Source: Myxococcales bacterium | Lineage (GTDB): Bacteria; Myxococcota_A; Polyangia; Polyangiales; GCA-016699535 | Direction of reading: 5' to 3' | Assembly (NCBI GenBank): GCA_016699535.1 | Contig: CP064980.1 | Coordinates: 1,425,728-1,489,727, forward strand | Length of the DNA stretch: 64,000 nucleotides | Shown here: positions 1 to 10,482 of the stretch, in pieces | Layout of the letters: each line of letters opens with the position of its first letter | Numbering within the stretch: the first letter of the stretch is position 1 | Notes under the pieces: model-generated | Database searches by the model: none | Seen by the model: only the letters and a program-made list of their open reading frames with translations | Told to the model about the DNA's origin: nothing | Program-made: the position numbers and the translations under genes

Positions 1-1784
1 TTGCGGAACGTTTGAGTGTATTCCCTATTTTGTTTGATGTGAAAAGTGGGACACTTTCTGTGGTTGCCGCGGTGCTTCCTGATTCGGATATCGAAAAGCA
101 GGTTAAGATCACTGCTGATGTAAGAGCGGTGCGCGTGTACATCGCGAGACCCGCAGCGGTCGATGCTCTCATCAACAAATTTTATCGCGGACAGACGCAG
201 GCCTTTGCACGGTTCTTTGAACGGCAACAGAGTTCAGATCAGGGAATGAGTGCAGGGGATGTCATCGGACAGGACTTTGGTAACAATGCATTTTCGGGAA
301 GAGGCGCGTCCATGGCCCCTTCAGCGACCCGCGCGGAACGTCCCAAGGCGAAGGGGGCGCAAAACCCTTCGCCGGCCATTGCACTGCCTCACATCGAGCT
401 GCCTAAGATGGATGCTCTACCTTCAACAAGTGAAATAAGCGGAACGAATCTAAACAAAGCAAAGCTTCGTTCAACACCATTGCCGGATGGTGCAATTTCG
501 CTCAATTCCTTCTTGGATACGCTGCGTGTCCTTGTGACGCTGCTGGAGCGCGATAGAAAGGGTTTGCGCGGTCATTCTCGCAAAGTATCGCAGCTTTGTT
601 CACGGCTTGCGCGTCGTTTGAAGCTTGATGAAAAAGAGATTCGTTCTTTGGAGATTGCCGCGCTTTTGCACGATTTAGGCAAATCCTCGGCCGATCATCT
701 AACGCCTCTTTATGCGAGTGAATACGAACCTCACAAAAAACAAGCGCAAACACTTTTCCAAAGTCCTATTGAACTGCTTGAAAGCGTTGAACTTCCGCAA
801 GACGCAATCAGCATACTTCGTCATTTTTACGAACGCTATGACGGCAAAGGTTTTCCTGGGCATCTCAAGGGTGAAACTATTCCGCTTGGCTCACGTATAC
901 TTGCGTTAGTTGAGAGTTACTCAGATTTGGTTTCCAATGAGTTCAATCCGTATCAACGCAAGTTAAGTCCAAACGAGGCGCTTGAAGTCTTGTCGCAGTA
1001 CTCAGAAACGCTTTTTGATGCAAAGGTTTTAGAAGTCTTCCAAGCAATCGCTATTGGCGATGGTTTGAAGGACAGTTTGCTTCCACCGAAACCCGGTGTG
1101 CTCTTAATTGATCCGAATCTAGATGAAGTTGCTGCAGTTGAGCTTCGTTTCATTGAGCAAGGCTATGTCGTGGAAGTAGCGCAAACGAGTGATGAAGCTC
1201 GCAAAGTTCTAAAAGAAAATTCAATCGGGCTTGTGATATCGGAAGTTGAACTCGAGCCGATGGATGGTTTTGCGCTATTGGCCCAGATTCGCGCAGAGAA
1301 AGTTAGTATCCCCTGGATCTTTTTGACAAACCGTTCCGATCGAGAGGCTGTATCAAAAGGATTTGAAAAAGGAGCTGTCGACTTTTGGGTCAAACCAACC
1401 ACCGCCGAAGTGGTGGTCACCAAAGCCCAAAAATTGATGAGTGGGAGCTCGATTACGCCGACCGCATCGGGTATCGCGGGATCGCTTACTCAAATGGCAT
1501 TGCCAGAAATCGTTCAGGTCTTTGCCCATGGCCGAAAAAGTGGGAAGCTGAGCATTGAATCGGGTGGCAAAAGCGCCGAGGTTCACTTTCATACCGGTGA
1601 TGTCTACAACGCCCGCTTTGGCGACCTTGAAGGAGATAAAGCGTTTTACGCCCTACTTTTGCTTACCGAAGGCCAGTTTTCAGTGGATCCTAGTTTTTTG
1701 CCTGAGGAACGAAAGATACAGGCTTCTGCCGAATCGTTATTACTTGAAGGCATGCGCCTGCTCGATGAGGCCGAGCGAGCATAG
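1..1784 (+). CDS. Multidomain signalling protein: GspE-N/MshEN-like N-terminus (partial), HD-GYP phosphodiesterase domain, response-regulator receiver and C-terminal DUF4388 (PATAN) domain. The 5' end is probably outside the window.
   Basis: ORF 12..1784 is open to the window edge. Motifs seen: HSRKV...LHDLGK and HFYERYDGKGFPGHL..IPLGSRI (HD-GYP), a REC-like LLIDPN...EPMDGF...WVKP segment, and C-terminal GSLTQMALPEIVQVFAHGRKSGKL...GDLEGDKAFY typical of DUF4388. Confidence 0.8.
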   Translation, partial: AERLSVFPILFDVKSGTLSVVAAVLPDSDIEKQVKITADVRAVRVYIARPAAVDALINKFYRGQTQAFARFFERQQSSDQGMSAGDVIGQDFGNNAFSGRGASMAPSATRAERPKAKGAQNPSPAIALPHIELPKMDALPSTSEISGTNLNKAKLRSTPLPDGAISLNSFLDTLRVLVTLLERDRKGLRGHSRKVSQLCSRLARRLKLDEKEIRSLEIAALLHDLGKSSADHLTPLYASEYEPHKKQAQTLFQSPIELLESVELPQDAISILRHFYERYDGKGFPGHLKGETIPLGSRILALVESYSDLVSNEFNPYQRKLSPNEALEVLSQYSETLFDAKVLEVFQAIAIGDGLKDSLLPPKPGVLLIDPNLDEVAAVELRFIEQGYVVEVAQTSDEARKVLKENSIGLVISEVELEPMDGFALLAQIRAEKVSIPWIFLTNRSDREAVSKGFEKGAVDFWVKPTTAEVVVTKAQKLMSGSSITPTASGIAGSLTQMALPEIVQVFAHGRKSGKLSIESGGKSAEVHFHTGDVYNARFGDLEGDKAFYALLLLTEGQFSVDPSFLPEERKIQASAESLLLEGMRLLDEAERA

Positions 1785-1981
1785 CTCCGAGTGAAATACG
1801 TATCGCATGCTTGAAAATGCGCCTACATTTCCTCCGTTCATGGACGTTTTTCCTAGACCGGTCGCGCCAAGGTCCTCGGTTCGTTACTATTTATAACATA
1901 GTTTCCAATGTAGGCGCTGTTTAAGAGCAGAGAACTGGTTTCAGTACTCAAAATATTTCAAATCCGCTATGATGGGAGGCA

Positions 1982-4900
1982 GTGGTAGCTTGTCCAACAT
2001 GCGGCGAAGATTTAGCCGAAGGCGCTCGTTTTTGCGCCCACTGTGGTGCTGCCGTCAGCGCTGCCGCTCTGGACGATCCACTTATTGGCCGTGTGATCAA
2101 CGGGGCCTACCGTGTGGAGGAGGCCATCGGCGTGGGTGGTATGGGCCGAGTTTATCGCGCAACGCAAACTAACCTTGGCCGCACGGTTGCGATTAAAGTG
2201 ATTCACCAGCATTTGTTGGGTGATGAGCCATCGGTTGCTCGTTTTTACACCGAGGCACGTGCGGCCAGTCGTTTGAATCATCCAAACAGCGTTGGCATCA
2301 TTGATTTTGGTCGCACCGACGATGGGTTGCTACATCTGGTGATGGAGTATTTGCATGGCAAAGACCTCGCCCTGTTGATGCAGGATGAAGGCCCTTTTTC
2401 TTTTCCAAGGATTTGCCGCATTCTAGAAAACGTTTTAGCGGCGCTTGCCGAGGCACATGAGCTTTCGGTGATTCATCGAGACTTGAAACCAGAAAACATC
2501 ATTATTCAAAAAAGCCGTCGGGGTGGTGATTTTGTTAAAGTTGTTGATTTCGGTCTAGCCAAAATATTGGAGCCTTCTGCGACTTCGGTAACGACCCCGG
2601 GCTTAGTGTGTGGCACCCCAGACTATATGTCTCCGGAGCAAGCGCGCGGTGAAGAAGTCGATGGTCGTGGCGATATCTACTCGGTCGGTGTGCTTTTGTT
2701 TGAGTTACTTTCTGAACGATTGCCCTTTGAGGATGAAACTCCAACTAAAGTAGCTTTGCGTCACCTCACGGATCCTGTTCCTGATCCACGTGTGCTTGCG
2801 CCGCATCGAAACATTCCAGACGAGTTGGCTGAGATTTGCATGCGTGCGCTATCAAAAGAGCGCGAGGATCGTTATGCCACAGCGGACGAGATGGCAGCCG
2901 CGATTCGACAAGCCCACGACCATCTTGGGGATGAGCACGATAGCAAAGGGTTAAAGTGTCCGGCCTGCAGTGCATCAGTAAAGTCACGTATGAAGTTTTG
3001 CGCAGAGTGCGGTGTGCGTCTTGGCGGAGCCGTCTCGTCGGTTCGCCCCTCAATTAGTTCAAGGCCTCCGATGAGTTTGCCTCCGGTCATGGACGTTCGA
3101 GGTCGACTTATTGGCCGGCACGCTGAAATCGAACAATTTGATGCCTTGCGTGATGAAGCTAAATCAAGACCGATCTTTGTTCACTTTTCCGGCGAGATCG
3201 GCATGGGAAAAACACGGCTACTTTCTGAGATAGCGGATAGAGCTTCTAAGAAGGGCGATGCTGTGGTGGCTTCCGGCCCGCATGCAAGCGGTGCTTTGGT
3301 TCCATACAGCACCATACGCTCTTTGATTGCGGGACTTGTTGGCGTTGAAGAAAGCAATCTGCGTAAGTTTTTGGAAAGCAACGAAGTCTTTGAGGATGGC
3401 CTTTCACGTGCGGGATTGCACGAACTGGTCCAGCCCAATGGACTTAGCGGTCTTGAAGGGCGCTCGCGTGCTGGTGCTGTGGCGTATTCGCTGGCGGCAG
3501 CTATGCGCTGGGCTTCTCTTCAAACCAGTACGCGGCGCGTGATTGTGCTTGTCGACGATCTAGGTCGTTGCGATGGACTCTCCCAACGCACTCTTGCCAA
3601 ATTGCCGCAGTTTATCGAAGATCTTTCCGCGATGGTTGTGACCACAAGCGATCCTGCGTTTCGTCAGCTTTTGACGGAAGGCGTGGTTACAATTCCTTTG
3701 CGTGGTTTGGTCGGTGATGAGGCAAGCCAATTGTTTTCGGGTAGCTTTAACTTAGGTGCCAATTCGCAGCCTGCCTTGCTGCTACGACCTGAAGGGATGA
3801 GCCCGTTTTATATCGAGCAAATACGTGCTCTTGGCGTGATTAACAGCGAAGATGAAGCGTCGTTTCCCCGGCTTTCGGATGTGATTATTCAACGGCTTGA
3901 GCGTCTTGAGATTACCGCTCGTAAAGTTTTGCAAGCTGCCGCTGTTTTAGGGGAGCGTTGTACGCTTGAAGATTTACAAAGCATTGTTAATGACCCCGAT
4001 ATTAACTTGGGTCTTGATACCTTGCAGCGCAGTGAGCTGCTCTATGTACGCGACAACGAAATACAGATAGCGCACCCATTCATTCGCGACTTAGTGGAAG
4101 CTTCCATCCCCGCGGCTGCGCGTATGGATTTGCATGCTCAAGCTTTGCAAGTTGCCAACGCAAGACAAGCGCCGTTAGAGGTGCGCGCACAACATGCCTA
4201 TCGCGGTGGTGAGTTTATGACAGCGATGGTGTTGTTGGAGCGTATGGGTACGGCAGCATTGCACCGGGGCAGTGCAGAAACGGCAATCGATGCTTTTCGA
4301 CATGGGTTAGAGCTTGCGCGTCGTGAACTTCTTGAAACGGGTGATGACAGTTTGGATAAGGCCTTGGTGAGCTTTAGTCGTCGTCTGGGTGAAGCGCTTG
4401 AATTGCAAAACGATTACGCGGGCGCTGACGGTGTTTTGCGTGAAGCTATCGACCTGGCTGGCCCGAGTAGCGTGGAACGTGCACGGATGCTTAATGTACT
4501 TGGCCGGGTTGGTGCGCGCCGTGAACGACGCCGTGACGCCATGCGCTTGCTGGGAACTGCTCTGGAAATCGCGACCAATGCCGATGATGCTGAGGTAGCA
4601 GCTGATGCGCATCTTGCGATTTCAAAGGTCCGACTTTCGGAGGGCGATCAAATCGGTGCTGCCAATGCACTTAGACGCGCTTCGGAGCAGATTTTGGGCA
4701 GACACTCATCAAAAGAGGCTGAGATCGCTGTGCGCCTTGCTGAAACCCTTATTGATATCGGTGATGTTGAAGAAGGTCAAAAGGTATTGGAACGGGCCTA
4801 TCAGTTGGCTGTGGATGCCGAGTCGCCTGCTCTGCTTGCTGCTGTGCTTGGTGTTACCGCAACCGTTGATGAACTTGAGGGCCAAATCGATACCGCCGCA

Positions 4901-5008
4901 AGACGCTACAAAGAGGCCGCACAACAGGCTGCCGAGGCAGGGGATGCCGATGCTTATTTCCGTTGGCGACGTGCTTCTTCGACGTTAAAAAAAGCAGTTA
5001 ACGAATAG
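1982..5008 (+). CDS. Ser/Thr protein kinase fused to a STAND/AAA ATPase and TPR-like region, with two zinc-ribbon motifs
   Basis: GTG start. CPTCG..FCAHCG zinc ribbon. Kinase motifs GVGGMGRVY, AIK, HRDLKPEN, DFGLA, GTPDYMSPE. Second ribbon CPACS..FCAECG. Walker A GEIGMGKTRL. Helical repeat C-terminus. Confidence 0.9.
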   Translation: MVACPTCGEDLAEGARFCAHCGAAVSAAALDDPLIGRVINGAYRVEEAIGVGGMGRVYRATQTNLGRTVAIKVIHQHLLGDEPSVARFYTEARAASRLNHPNSVGIIDFGRTDDGLLHLVMEYLHGKDLALLMQDEGPFSFPRICRILENVLAALAEAHELSVIHRDLKPENIIIQKSRRGGDFVKVVDFGLAKILEPSATSVTTPGLVCGTPDYMSPEQARGEEVDGRGDIYSVGVLLFELLSERLPFEDETPTKVALRHLTDPVPDPRVLAPHRNIPDELAEICMRALSKEREDRYATADEMAAAIRQAHDHLGDEHDSKGLKCPACSASVKSRMKFCAECGVRLGGAVSSVRPSISSRPPMSLPPVMDVRGRLIGRHAEIEQFDALRDEAKSRPIFVHFSGEIGMGKTRLLSEIADRASKKGDAVVASGPHASGALVPYSTIRSLIAGLVGVEESNLRKFLESNEVFEDGLSRAGLHELVQPNGLSGLEGRSRAGAVAYSLAAAMRWASLQTSTRRVIVLVDDLGRCDGLSQRTLAKLPQFIEDLSAMVVTTSDPAFRQLLTEGVVTIPLRGLVGDEASQLFSGSFNLGANSQPALLLRPEGMSPFYIEQIRALGVINSEDEASFPRLSDVIIQRLERLEITARKVLQAAAVLGERCTLEDLQSIVNDPDINLGLDTLQRSELLYVRDNEIQIAHPFIRDLVEASIPAAARMDLHAQALQVANARQAPLEVRAQHAYRGGEFMTAMVLLERMGTAALHRGSAETAIDAFRHGLELARRELLETGDDSLDKALVSFSRRLGEALELQNDYAGADGVLREAIDLAGPSSVERARMLNVLGRVGARRERRRDAMRLLGTALEIATNADDAEVAADAHLAISKVRLSEGDQIGAANALRRASEQILGRHSSKEAEIAVRLAETLIDIGDVEEGQKVLERAYQLAVDAESPALLAAVLGVTATVDELEGQIDTAARRYKEAAQQAAEAGDADAYFRWRRASSTLKKAVNE

Positions 5009-5013
5009 TCTCG

Positions 5014-5871
5014 CTAGTTTGAGTGTAGCAAGCTGCGCAATTTTTCTGGTGCGATGCGGTAGGTTTCGCCACAGTAGTCGCATCCAACTTCGACAAGCTT
5101 TTCGTCTTCAATGATTTTAGAAATTGTCTCTTTATCCAAGGTAGCTAAACTTCCGAACACCCGCGCTTCGCTGCATTGACACCCAAAACGCAAACTGGAT
5201 TCATCCAAGCGTGTATAGGGCATGCCATACAAAATTTCATCAAGCAGGAGATCAATCCATTCTTCTTCTTGAACCCAAATTTTTTCTATACTTGGAAAAT
5301 CATCCAAACGTTCAGTCATGATCATATGCGCTTCGCGTGTAGCTTCGGGCAAAAGCTGTACGATGTATCCGCCGGCGTGCAAAATTTCATTTCCATCGTG
5401 TTGCGCGGCAATCCTAATCACAGAGTTGACTTGCTCAGAGCTCTGCATGTAGCCCATAAAAGCCTCACTAATCGTTTGCTTTGTTGAGATGTCGACGATT
5501 CCTTCGTGTGTTTGTCCATTGGGCAAGCCGCGCATCACTTGCAGAAGGGAGCCTTCTCCAAAGGAGAAGCTAGCGTTGCCATTTCTTTGCAAAAGCCCTC
5601 GGTTTGACCCATCGGGATAGACATCTGCAACAAGACGATCCTTTCGATCTTTATTCGTTGCAATGGCTTGGGCACGCAACCATGGAGCCATCGTCTCACG
5701 AACGATGATGGTTCCGGTAAGGAGCTCAGCGAATTGATTGGCAAGCTCTCCTGTGGCGCCTTGTCGTTTGCAAAGTTCATAACAGGTGCTGGATGTGTTC
5801 ATGACGATCACGCGAAAACTTCCATCGTCAGCCATGGCGCGAATCACTTTGTCTTTGTTTTCTCTATTCAT
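5014..5871 (-). CDS. hslO: Hsp33 redox-regulated chaperone
   Basis: 285 aa with the C-terminal zinc-centre motifs CQCS...CDYCG characteristic of Hsp33. Overlaps the upstream oxidoreductase gene by 8 nt (operon). Confidence 0.9.
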   Translation of the reverse strand: MNRENKDKVIRAMADDGSFRVIVMNTSSTCYELCKRQGATGELANQFAELLTGTIIVRETMAPWLRAQAIATNKDRKDRLVADVYPDGSNRGLLQRNGNASFSFGEGSLLQVMRGLPNGQTHEGIVDISTKQTISEAFMGYMQSSEQVNSVIRIAAQHDGNEILHAGGYIVQLLPEATREAHMIMTERLDDFPSIEKIWVQEEEWIDLLLDEILYGMPYTRLDESSLRFGCQCSEARVFGSLATLDKETISKIIEDEKLVEVGCDYCGETYRIAPEKLRSLLHSN

Positions 5872-6883
5872 GGATACGAACTACTATTTTCCCGAAATGG
5901 GTGGCCTTCTTTAGATGATGAAAAGCTTCGATGCTTTTGTCAAAGGAGTAAACCGTATCGATAACGGGCTCAATCTTTTTTTGCTCCATAAAATCAAGCA
6001 TGTCCAAAAAACTCTTTTTGTGGCCGACAAACACGCCTTGAAGGGTGACTTGTTTCATAAGAATCGGGATCAGGCTGTGGCTTGCTTTGCTGCCAGATAA
6101 GACTCCAATAATGCTAATCGTGCCACCCTCTTTTATCGACGCAAGAGAGTTCTCGATGGTTTGGCTGCCACCCACTTCGATAATGTGATCCACTCCTTCG
6201 CCGCCGGTCAGTTCTTTTATTTTACTGACCCAGTTCGGCTCAAGACGGTAGTTGATGGTGCTCTTTGCACCAAGTGCATGGAGCTGTTGTTCTTTTTCTG
6301 CTGAACTGCTCATAGCAATGACCCGAGCACCTGCCGCTACGGCAAAGAGCAAGGCAAAAACTGAAACTCCTCCGCTGCCTTGACAAAGCACGGTATCATT
6401 TTCGCTCAGCGTTGAAAGATTGTGTAGTGCGCTCCAGGCGGTCAGTGCTGCGCAAGGTAGTGTGCAAGCTTGTTCATCCGATAAATAGTCGGGGACTTTT
6501 GCGACACCCTCTGCTGGTAGGGTGCGGTATTCTTGAAGCATCCCATCAAGAGGCCCTCCCAGGGTATGTTGGCGCATGAGCACTTTGCTTGGTTTGCCTT
6601 GCTCCCAGCCCTGAACCAGCATGCCGCACACTCGATCGCCAGTTTTGAATTGACGGACGGACTTACCGCAGGCCACGATGCGGCCGACGCCATCGGATAC
6701 GGGGACCAACGGCAAGCTCAGCTTTGGGTTGTAGCGACCTTCAACCATCATGAGATCGCGATAGTTTAACGAAACCGCTGTGATCTTGACTAGCACCTCG
6801 TTATCCGCGGGTTCGGCCATGTCTCGTTCCACCCTTCGAAGGTGTTCAAGGCCAAACTGTTCTTGAATCTCCCAGGTTTTCAT
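5864..6883 (-). CDS. Zinc-type alcohol dehydrogenase-like / NADPH:quinone oxidoreductase (MDR superfamily)
   Basis: 339 aa. N-terminal GroES-like segment (VLVKITAVSLNYRDL, PLVPVSDGVG) and a Rossmann segment (GSGGVSVFALLFA). Confidence 0.85.
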   Translation of the reverse strand: MKTWEIQEQFGLEHLRRVERDMAEPADNEVLVKITAVSLNYRDLMMVEGRYNPKLSLPLVPVSDGVGRIVACGKSVRQFKTGDRVCGMLVQGWEQGKPSKVLMRQHTLGGPLDGMLQEYRTLPAEGVAKVPDYLSDEQACTLPCAALTAWSALHNLSTLSENDTVLCQGSGGVSVFALLFAVAAGARVIAMSSSAEKEQQLHALGAKSTINYRLEPNWVSKIKELTGGEGVDHIIEVGGSQTIENSLASIKEGGTISIIGVLSGSKASHSLIPILMKQVTLQGVFVGHKKSFLDMLDFMEQKKIEPVIDTVYSFDKSIEAFHHLKKATHFGKIVVRIHE

Positions 6884-7207
6884 TGCTCCACCAACATTTC
6901 TCCTTTAGTGATCTGATCGGAAAGGATTGATCCGTCTTGCTGTGGTGAAGGCGCGAGCTGTGGTGTCAGAAAACCTTGAAATATTCGCGATATTTCTGCG
7001 GCTTTCTTCCCTGCATCTCACACCTTCACTTTACGATCTCAGCTCAATACTTTCCAATCAGAGCACTGGTTCTAAAAGTGTCGCACAAAACTGCTTTTCG
7101 TGCAGGTCCGAAGTGTTTGGTACTTGGATCACTCTGTTCTTGGGGCAAAAAAACAGCTTTTATTAACGGGACAGTATTCTTTGGATACGTTAGATTACTT
7201 CGGCGCT

Positions 7208-7804
7208 ATGATGTATTCGCGAAACAAAATTTTTCTCATGGCCGGACCGTTGCGAGGCTATCTGATAGCTAGTTGTGCCGCTGCATTTATCTTTGTGAGC
7301 GCGTGCACCGAAGCAAGCGATCTTGGCGCAGGTTCGGCAAAGAACTATTGTGGCAATGTTGTAGGGAACGATGAGCCGGTGTCCAATTGCACCGAAGCAA
7401 ACTGTTCATTCATTCGACGCGGTTTTGCTGTTGGCACGAAAATGACCATTTCTTTTTCGCCTGAAACAGCTGGTTGTGCCTTGGATAACGCGCCTGAAAA
7501 TTGGGTAGGAGTACTTAGCAGTAGTGATGCTGCACTTGACTGCCAGTATTTTAGCGGCATTGATCCTCTGAAACATGATTTGCTTAGTTTGTACGAGTTT
7601 CCAGGAAGAGAACGCTTGCGCAATGAAATGTTTACTTTTCGACCCGAAGAAGGGCCGCTTGCTTTGCGTGATGTGATGTTGTTTGTATCGTATTTAGCAG
7701 GCGAGGAACTTGAGCTTCGGCTCATTGCCGGAAGTGGTGATGAAACAAAAGGCGACTACTTCGGGTTGTTTTTTATGCAGGCAAGCAACGGAAGCTGTTT
7801 TTAG
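7208..7804 (+). CDS. Hypothetical lipoprotein
   Basis: Internal ATG at 7208 gives MMYSRNKIFLMAGPLRGYLIASCAAAFIFVSAC, a signal peptide with a lipobox. No recognisable family. Confidence 0.55.
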   Translation: MMYSRNKIFLMAGPLRGYLIASCAAAFIFVSACTEASDLGAGSAKNYCGNVVGNDEPVSNCTEANCSFIRRGFAVGTKMTISFSPETAGCALDNAPENWVGVLSSSDAALDCQYFSGIDPLKHDLLSLYEFPGRERLRNEMFTFRPEEGPLALRDVMLFVSYLAGEELELRLIAGSGDETKGDYFGLFFMQASNGSCF

Positions 7805-7831
7805 AAAGCTCGTCGTACACGGTTTTAGATT

Positions 7832-8862
7832 ATGCTTGTTCTTGGAATAGAGTCTTCGTGCGATGAAACAGCGGCAGCCGTCGTGACCGACGAAGGCGAC
7901 GTGATCAGTGATGCTGTTGCAAGCCAGATAAAAGAGCATGCTGTCTTTGGTGGTGTGGTTCCTGAGATTGCTTCACGTGCGCATACCCGGGCTGTGATTC
8001 CGATGATTCGCCAGGCGCTTGCAGCGATTCCTTCGGGTTTAGATGGCATTGATGCCGTGGCGTTTACGCAAGGACCTGGCCTCATTGGTGCTTTGCTGGT
8101 CGGCGTGCAAACAGGCAAGGCTATAGCCCTTGCCAAGGATCTTCCCTTAGTCGGTGTGGATCATTTGCTGGGGCATTTGTTTGCGATTTTTTTGAAGCGC
8201 GACAAAGACACTGTTGCTGTTCCGGAGTTTCCCTACGTTGCCCTTTTAGTCAGTGGTGGGCACACTGCACTGTATGATGTGCACAGCATCAACGATGTGC
8301 GTCTACTGGGTCAGACACGCGACGATGCTGCAGGTGAGGCCTATGACAAGGTAGCCAAGCTTTTAGGCCTTGGTTATCCGGGTGGCCCGATTCTCGATCG
8401 GATGGCTCCGCGCGGAAACCCGGCTGCAATCCCATTGCCAAGACCGATGGCTGCAAGTAAAATTTAGAGTTCAGTTTTTCAGGACTCAAGACTGCGGTAG
8501 TGCACAGCGTTCGCGATCGAAAAAGCCCATGGGACGAAAAGGCGCTTTGCGATTTGGCTGCTTCCTTTCAAGCCGCGGTGGCAGATGTGTTGGTGGATAA
8601 AAGTGTGGCTGCGTTAAAAAAGCTCAACAGGCGCTCCTTGGTGATTACCGGCGGGGTAGCCGCGAACAGTGGATTGCGAAAGCGCGCAGAAGAATCAGCC
8701 AAAAAACATGGTTTTTCTTTGTATATTCCCCCTTTAGCATCTTGCACTGACAACGCAGCCATGATTGCTTACGCTGGCGCAAAACTATTGCAAACCAAGA
8801 ATAGCTCAACGATTGCAGCGGTCGCTTATTCTCAAAGCCCGCTTAATCGTCTAGGAAAGTAA
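7832..8862 (+). CDS. tsaD: tRNA N6-adenosine threonylcarbamoyltransferase TsaD, interrupted by an apparent 1-nt deletion in an A4 run (8459-8462)
   Basis: ORFs 7832..8467 and 8500..8862 join into one TsaD-like sequence: GIESSCDETAAAV...GYPGGPILDRM...PRPMAASK / NLEFSFSGLKTAV...TGGVAANSGLR...CTDNAAMIAYAG. The NLEFSFSGLKT motif is read in the -1 frame starting at 8461. Confidence 0.9.
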
Positions 8863-8863
8863 A

Positions 8864-10249
8864 ATGCAGGGATCGGTAAACACAATTTTAGACGCCATCG
8901 GCCACACTCCTATCGTCAAGCTTGGCCGAGTGGCAAACGACGTTAAAGCAAGCATTTATGCCAAATGTGAGTTTCTTAACCCTGCGGGTTCAATGAAAGA
9001 TCGCATGGCGCTTTACTTGATCAATCAAGCCGAGGCGCGAGGAGAACTCAAAGCTGGCGGAACCATTGTCGAGGCTACCAGTGGCAACACTGGCGCAGCG
9101 CTAGCGATGATCGCCGCAGTGCGTGGCTATCAATGCATTTTTGTCATGCCGGATAAGATGTCGGATGAGAAAATCGCGAGTTTGCGAGCTTTCGGTGCCC
9201 GTGTTGTCGTGTGTCCCACGGCCGTCGAGCCAGAAGATCCACGAAGTTACTATTCCGTTGCGAAGAAGCTTCATCGTGAAACTCCAAACTGTTTTTACAC
9301 CAATCAGTATCACAACATGGATAACCCGGATGGTCATTACAAGAGCACCGGGCCGGAGCTGTGGGAGCAGACGCAAGGCCAGTTTGATGTGTTTGTCGCG
9401 GGCCTCGGCACCGGGGGAACCATCAGCGGAACTGGTAAGTATCTAAAAGAGAAAAAGCCAAGCATGCAGATGGTGGGAGTCGATCCTGTCGGTTCTCTTT
9501 ATTACGATTTTGTTAAAGATAAGCGCATGACCAAAGCCTTTACTTACAAGGTCGAAGGTATTGGTGAGGACTTTATTCCTTCAACGATCAATCTTGATAT
9601 TCTCGATGATATCGTTCGCGTGGATGACAAGGAATGTTTTATCATGGCACGTGATTTGGTGCGCTATGAAGGCTTGTATGTGGGTGGCTCCTCCGGCGCG
9701 GTTGTGGCTGGTGCCATAAAGTACGCAAAAGCTCGCGACAAAAAAGAAAACATCGTTGTCCTGTTGCCTGATGGTGCGGCGAAGTATTTATCCAAGATGT
9801 TTAACGACGAGTGGATGAAAGAAAATGGCTTTTTAGATGCACGTCCTAAAATGGGTAGCGTAGCCGATTTGCTCAAGAGCAAGCCAAAGCAAGAATTGAT
9901 AACGGCTAGACCACATGATCGCGTACGCGATGTGATTGCTCGTTTGAAAGATCACAACATCTCGCAGATCCCCGTGATTGAAAATGGCAAAGTCATCGGC
10001 GCGGTTGCCGAAGTTGATTTGTTGCGCATTCTTTTTTCTGGAGAGCATTCCTTGGACAGCGAAATCGGTCCCATTGTTGAGCAAGACTACGTCACAGTCA
10101 GTCCAGAAACCGAAATTGAAATGCTCAATGGTCTGCTCAATCAAGCCCGTATGGCTGTGGTGAAAGACAAAAGCGGCGTTGTTGGCGTAATTACCAAAAT
10201 TGACATAATTGACTATTTTTCACGTCAATCCATGCCAACTATGGCATAA
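8864..10249 (+). CDS. Cystathionine beta-synthase-type protein: PLP-dependent cysteine synthase fold plus a tandem CBS pair
   Basis: 461 aa. PLP-lysine region NPAGSMKDR, SGNTG, GTGGTISG, and two C-terminal CBS domains (ISQIPV..., VGVITKIDI). Confidence 0.9.
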   Translation: MQGSVNTILDAIGHTPIVKLGRVANDVKASIYAKCEFLNPAGSMKDRMALYLINQAEARGELKAGGTIVEATSGNTGAALAMIAAVRGYQCIFVMPDKMSDEKIASLRAFGARVVVCPTAVEPEDPRSYYSVAKKLHRETPNCFYTNQYHNMDNPDGHYKSTGPELWEQTQGQFDVFVAGLGTGGTISGTGKYLKEKKPSMQMVGVDPVGSLYYDFVKDKRMTKAFTYKVEGIGEDFIPSTINLDILDDIVRVDDKECFIMARDLVRYEGLYVGGSSGAVVAGAIKYAKARDKKENIVVLLPDGAAKYLSKMFNDEWMKENGFLDARPKMGSVADLLKSKPKQELITARPHDRVRDVIARLKDHNISQIPVIENGKVIGAVAEVDLLRILFSGEHSLDSEIGPIVEQDYVTVSPETEIEMLNGLLNQARMAVVKDKSGVVGVITKIDIIDYFSRQSMPTMA

Positions 10250-10482
10250 TTTTCGTAAAAACATGCCAGTCTTGTCAACTGCCTCATGCCTGCGTCTTTC
10301 CTCATTATGGATCTGGCATCGTAATATAGCTCGCTGAGCCTATAGCCTGTGGCGTCGCGAACACACTGTATCGGATTTTCACAACCATGGTGCTGCGCTC
10401 TGTAAGCGTGCGCGTTTGATTTCATTGAGTTTAGGGAACGCTTTAAGTCCAGGCACGCTCTTTGCTTTATCAAAAGGTTACG

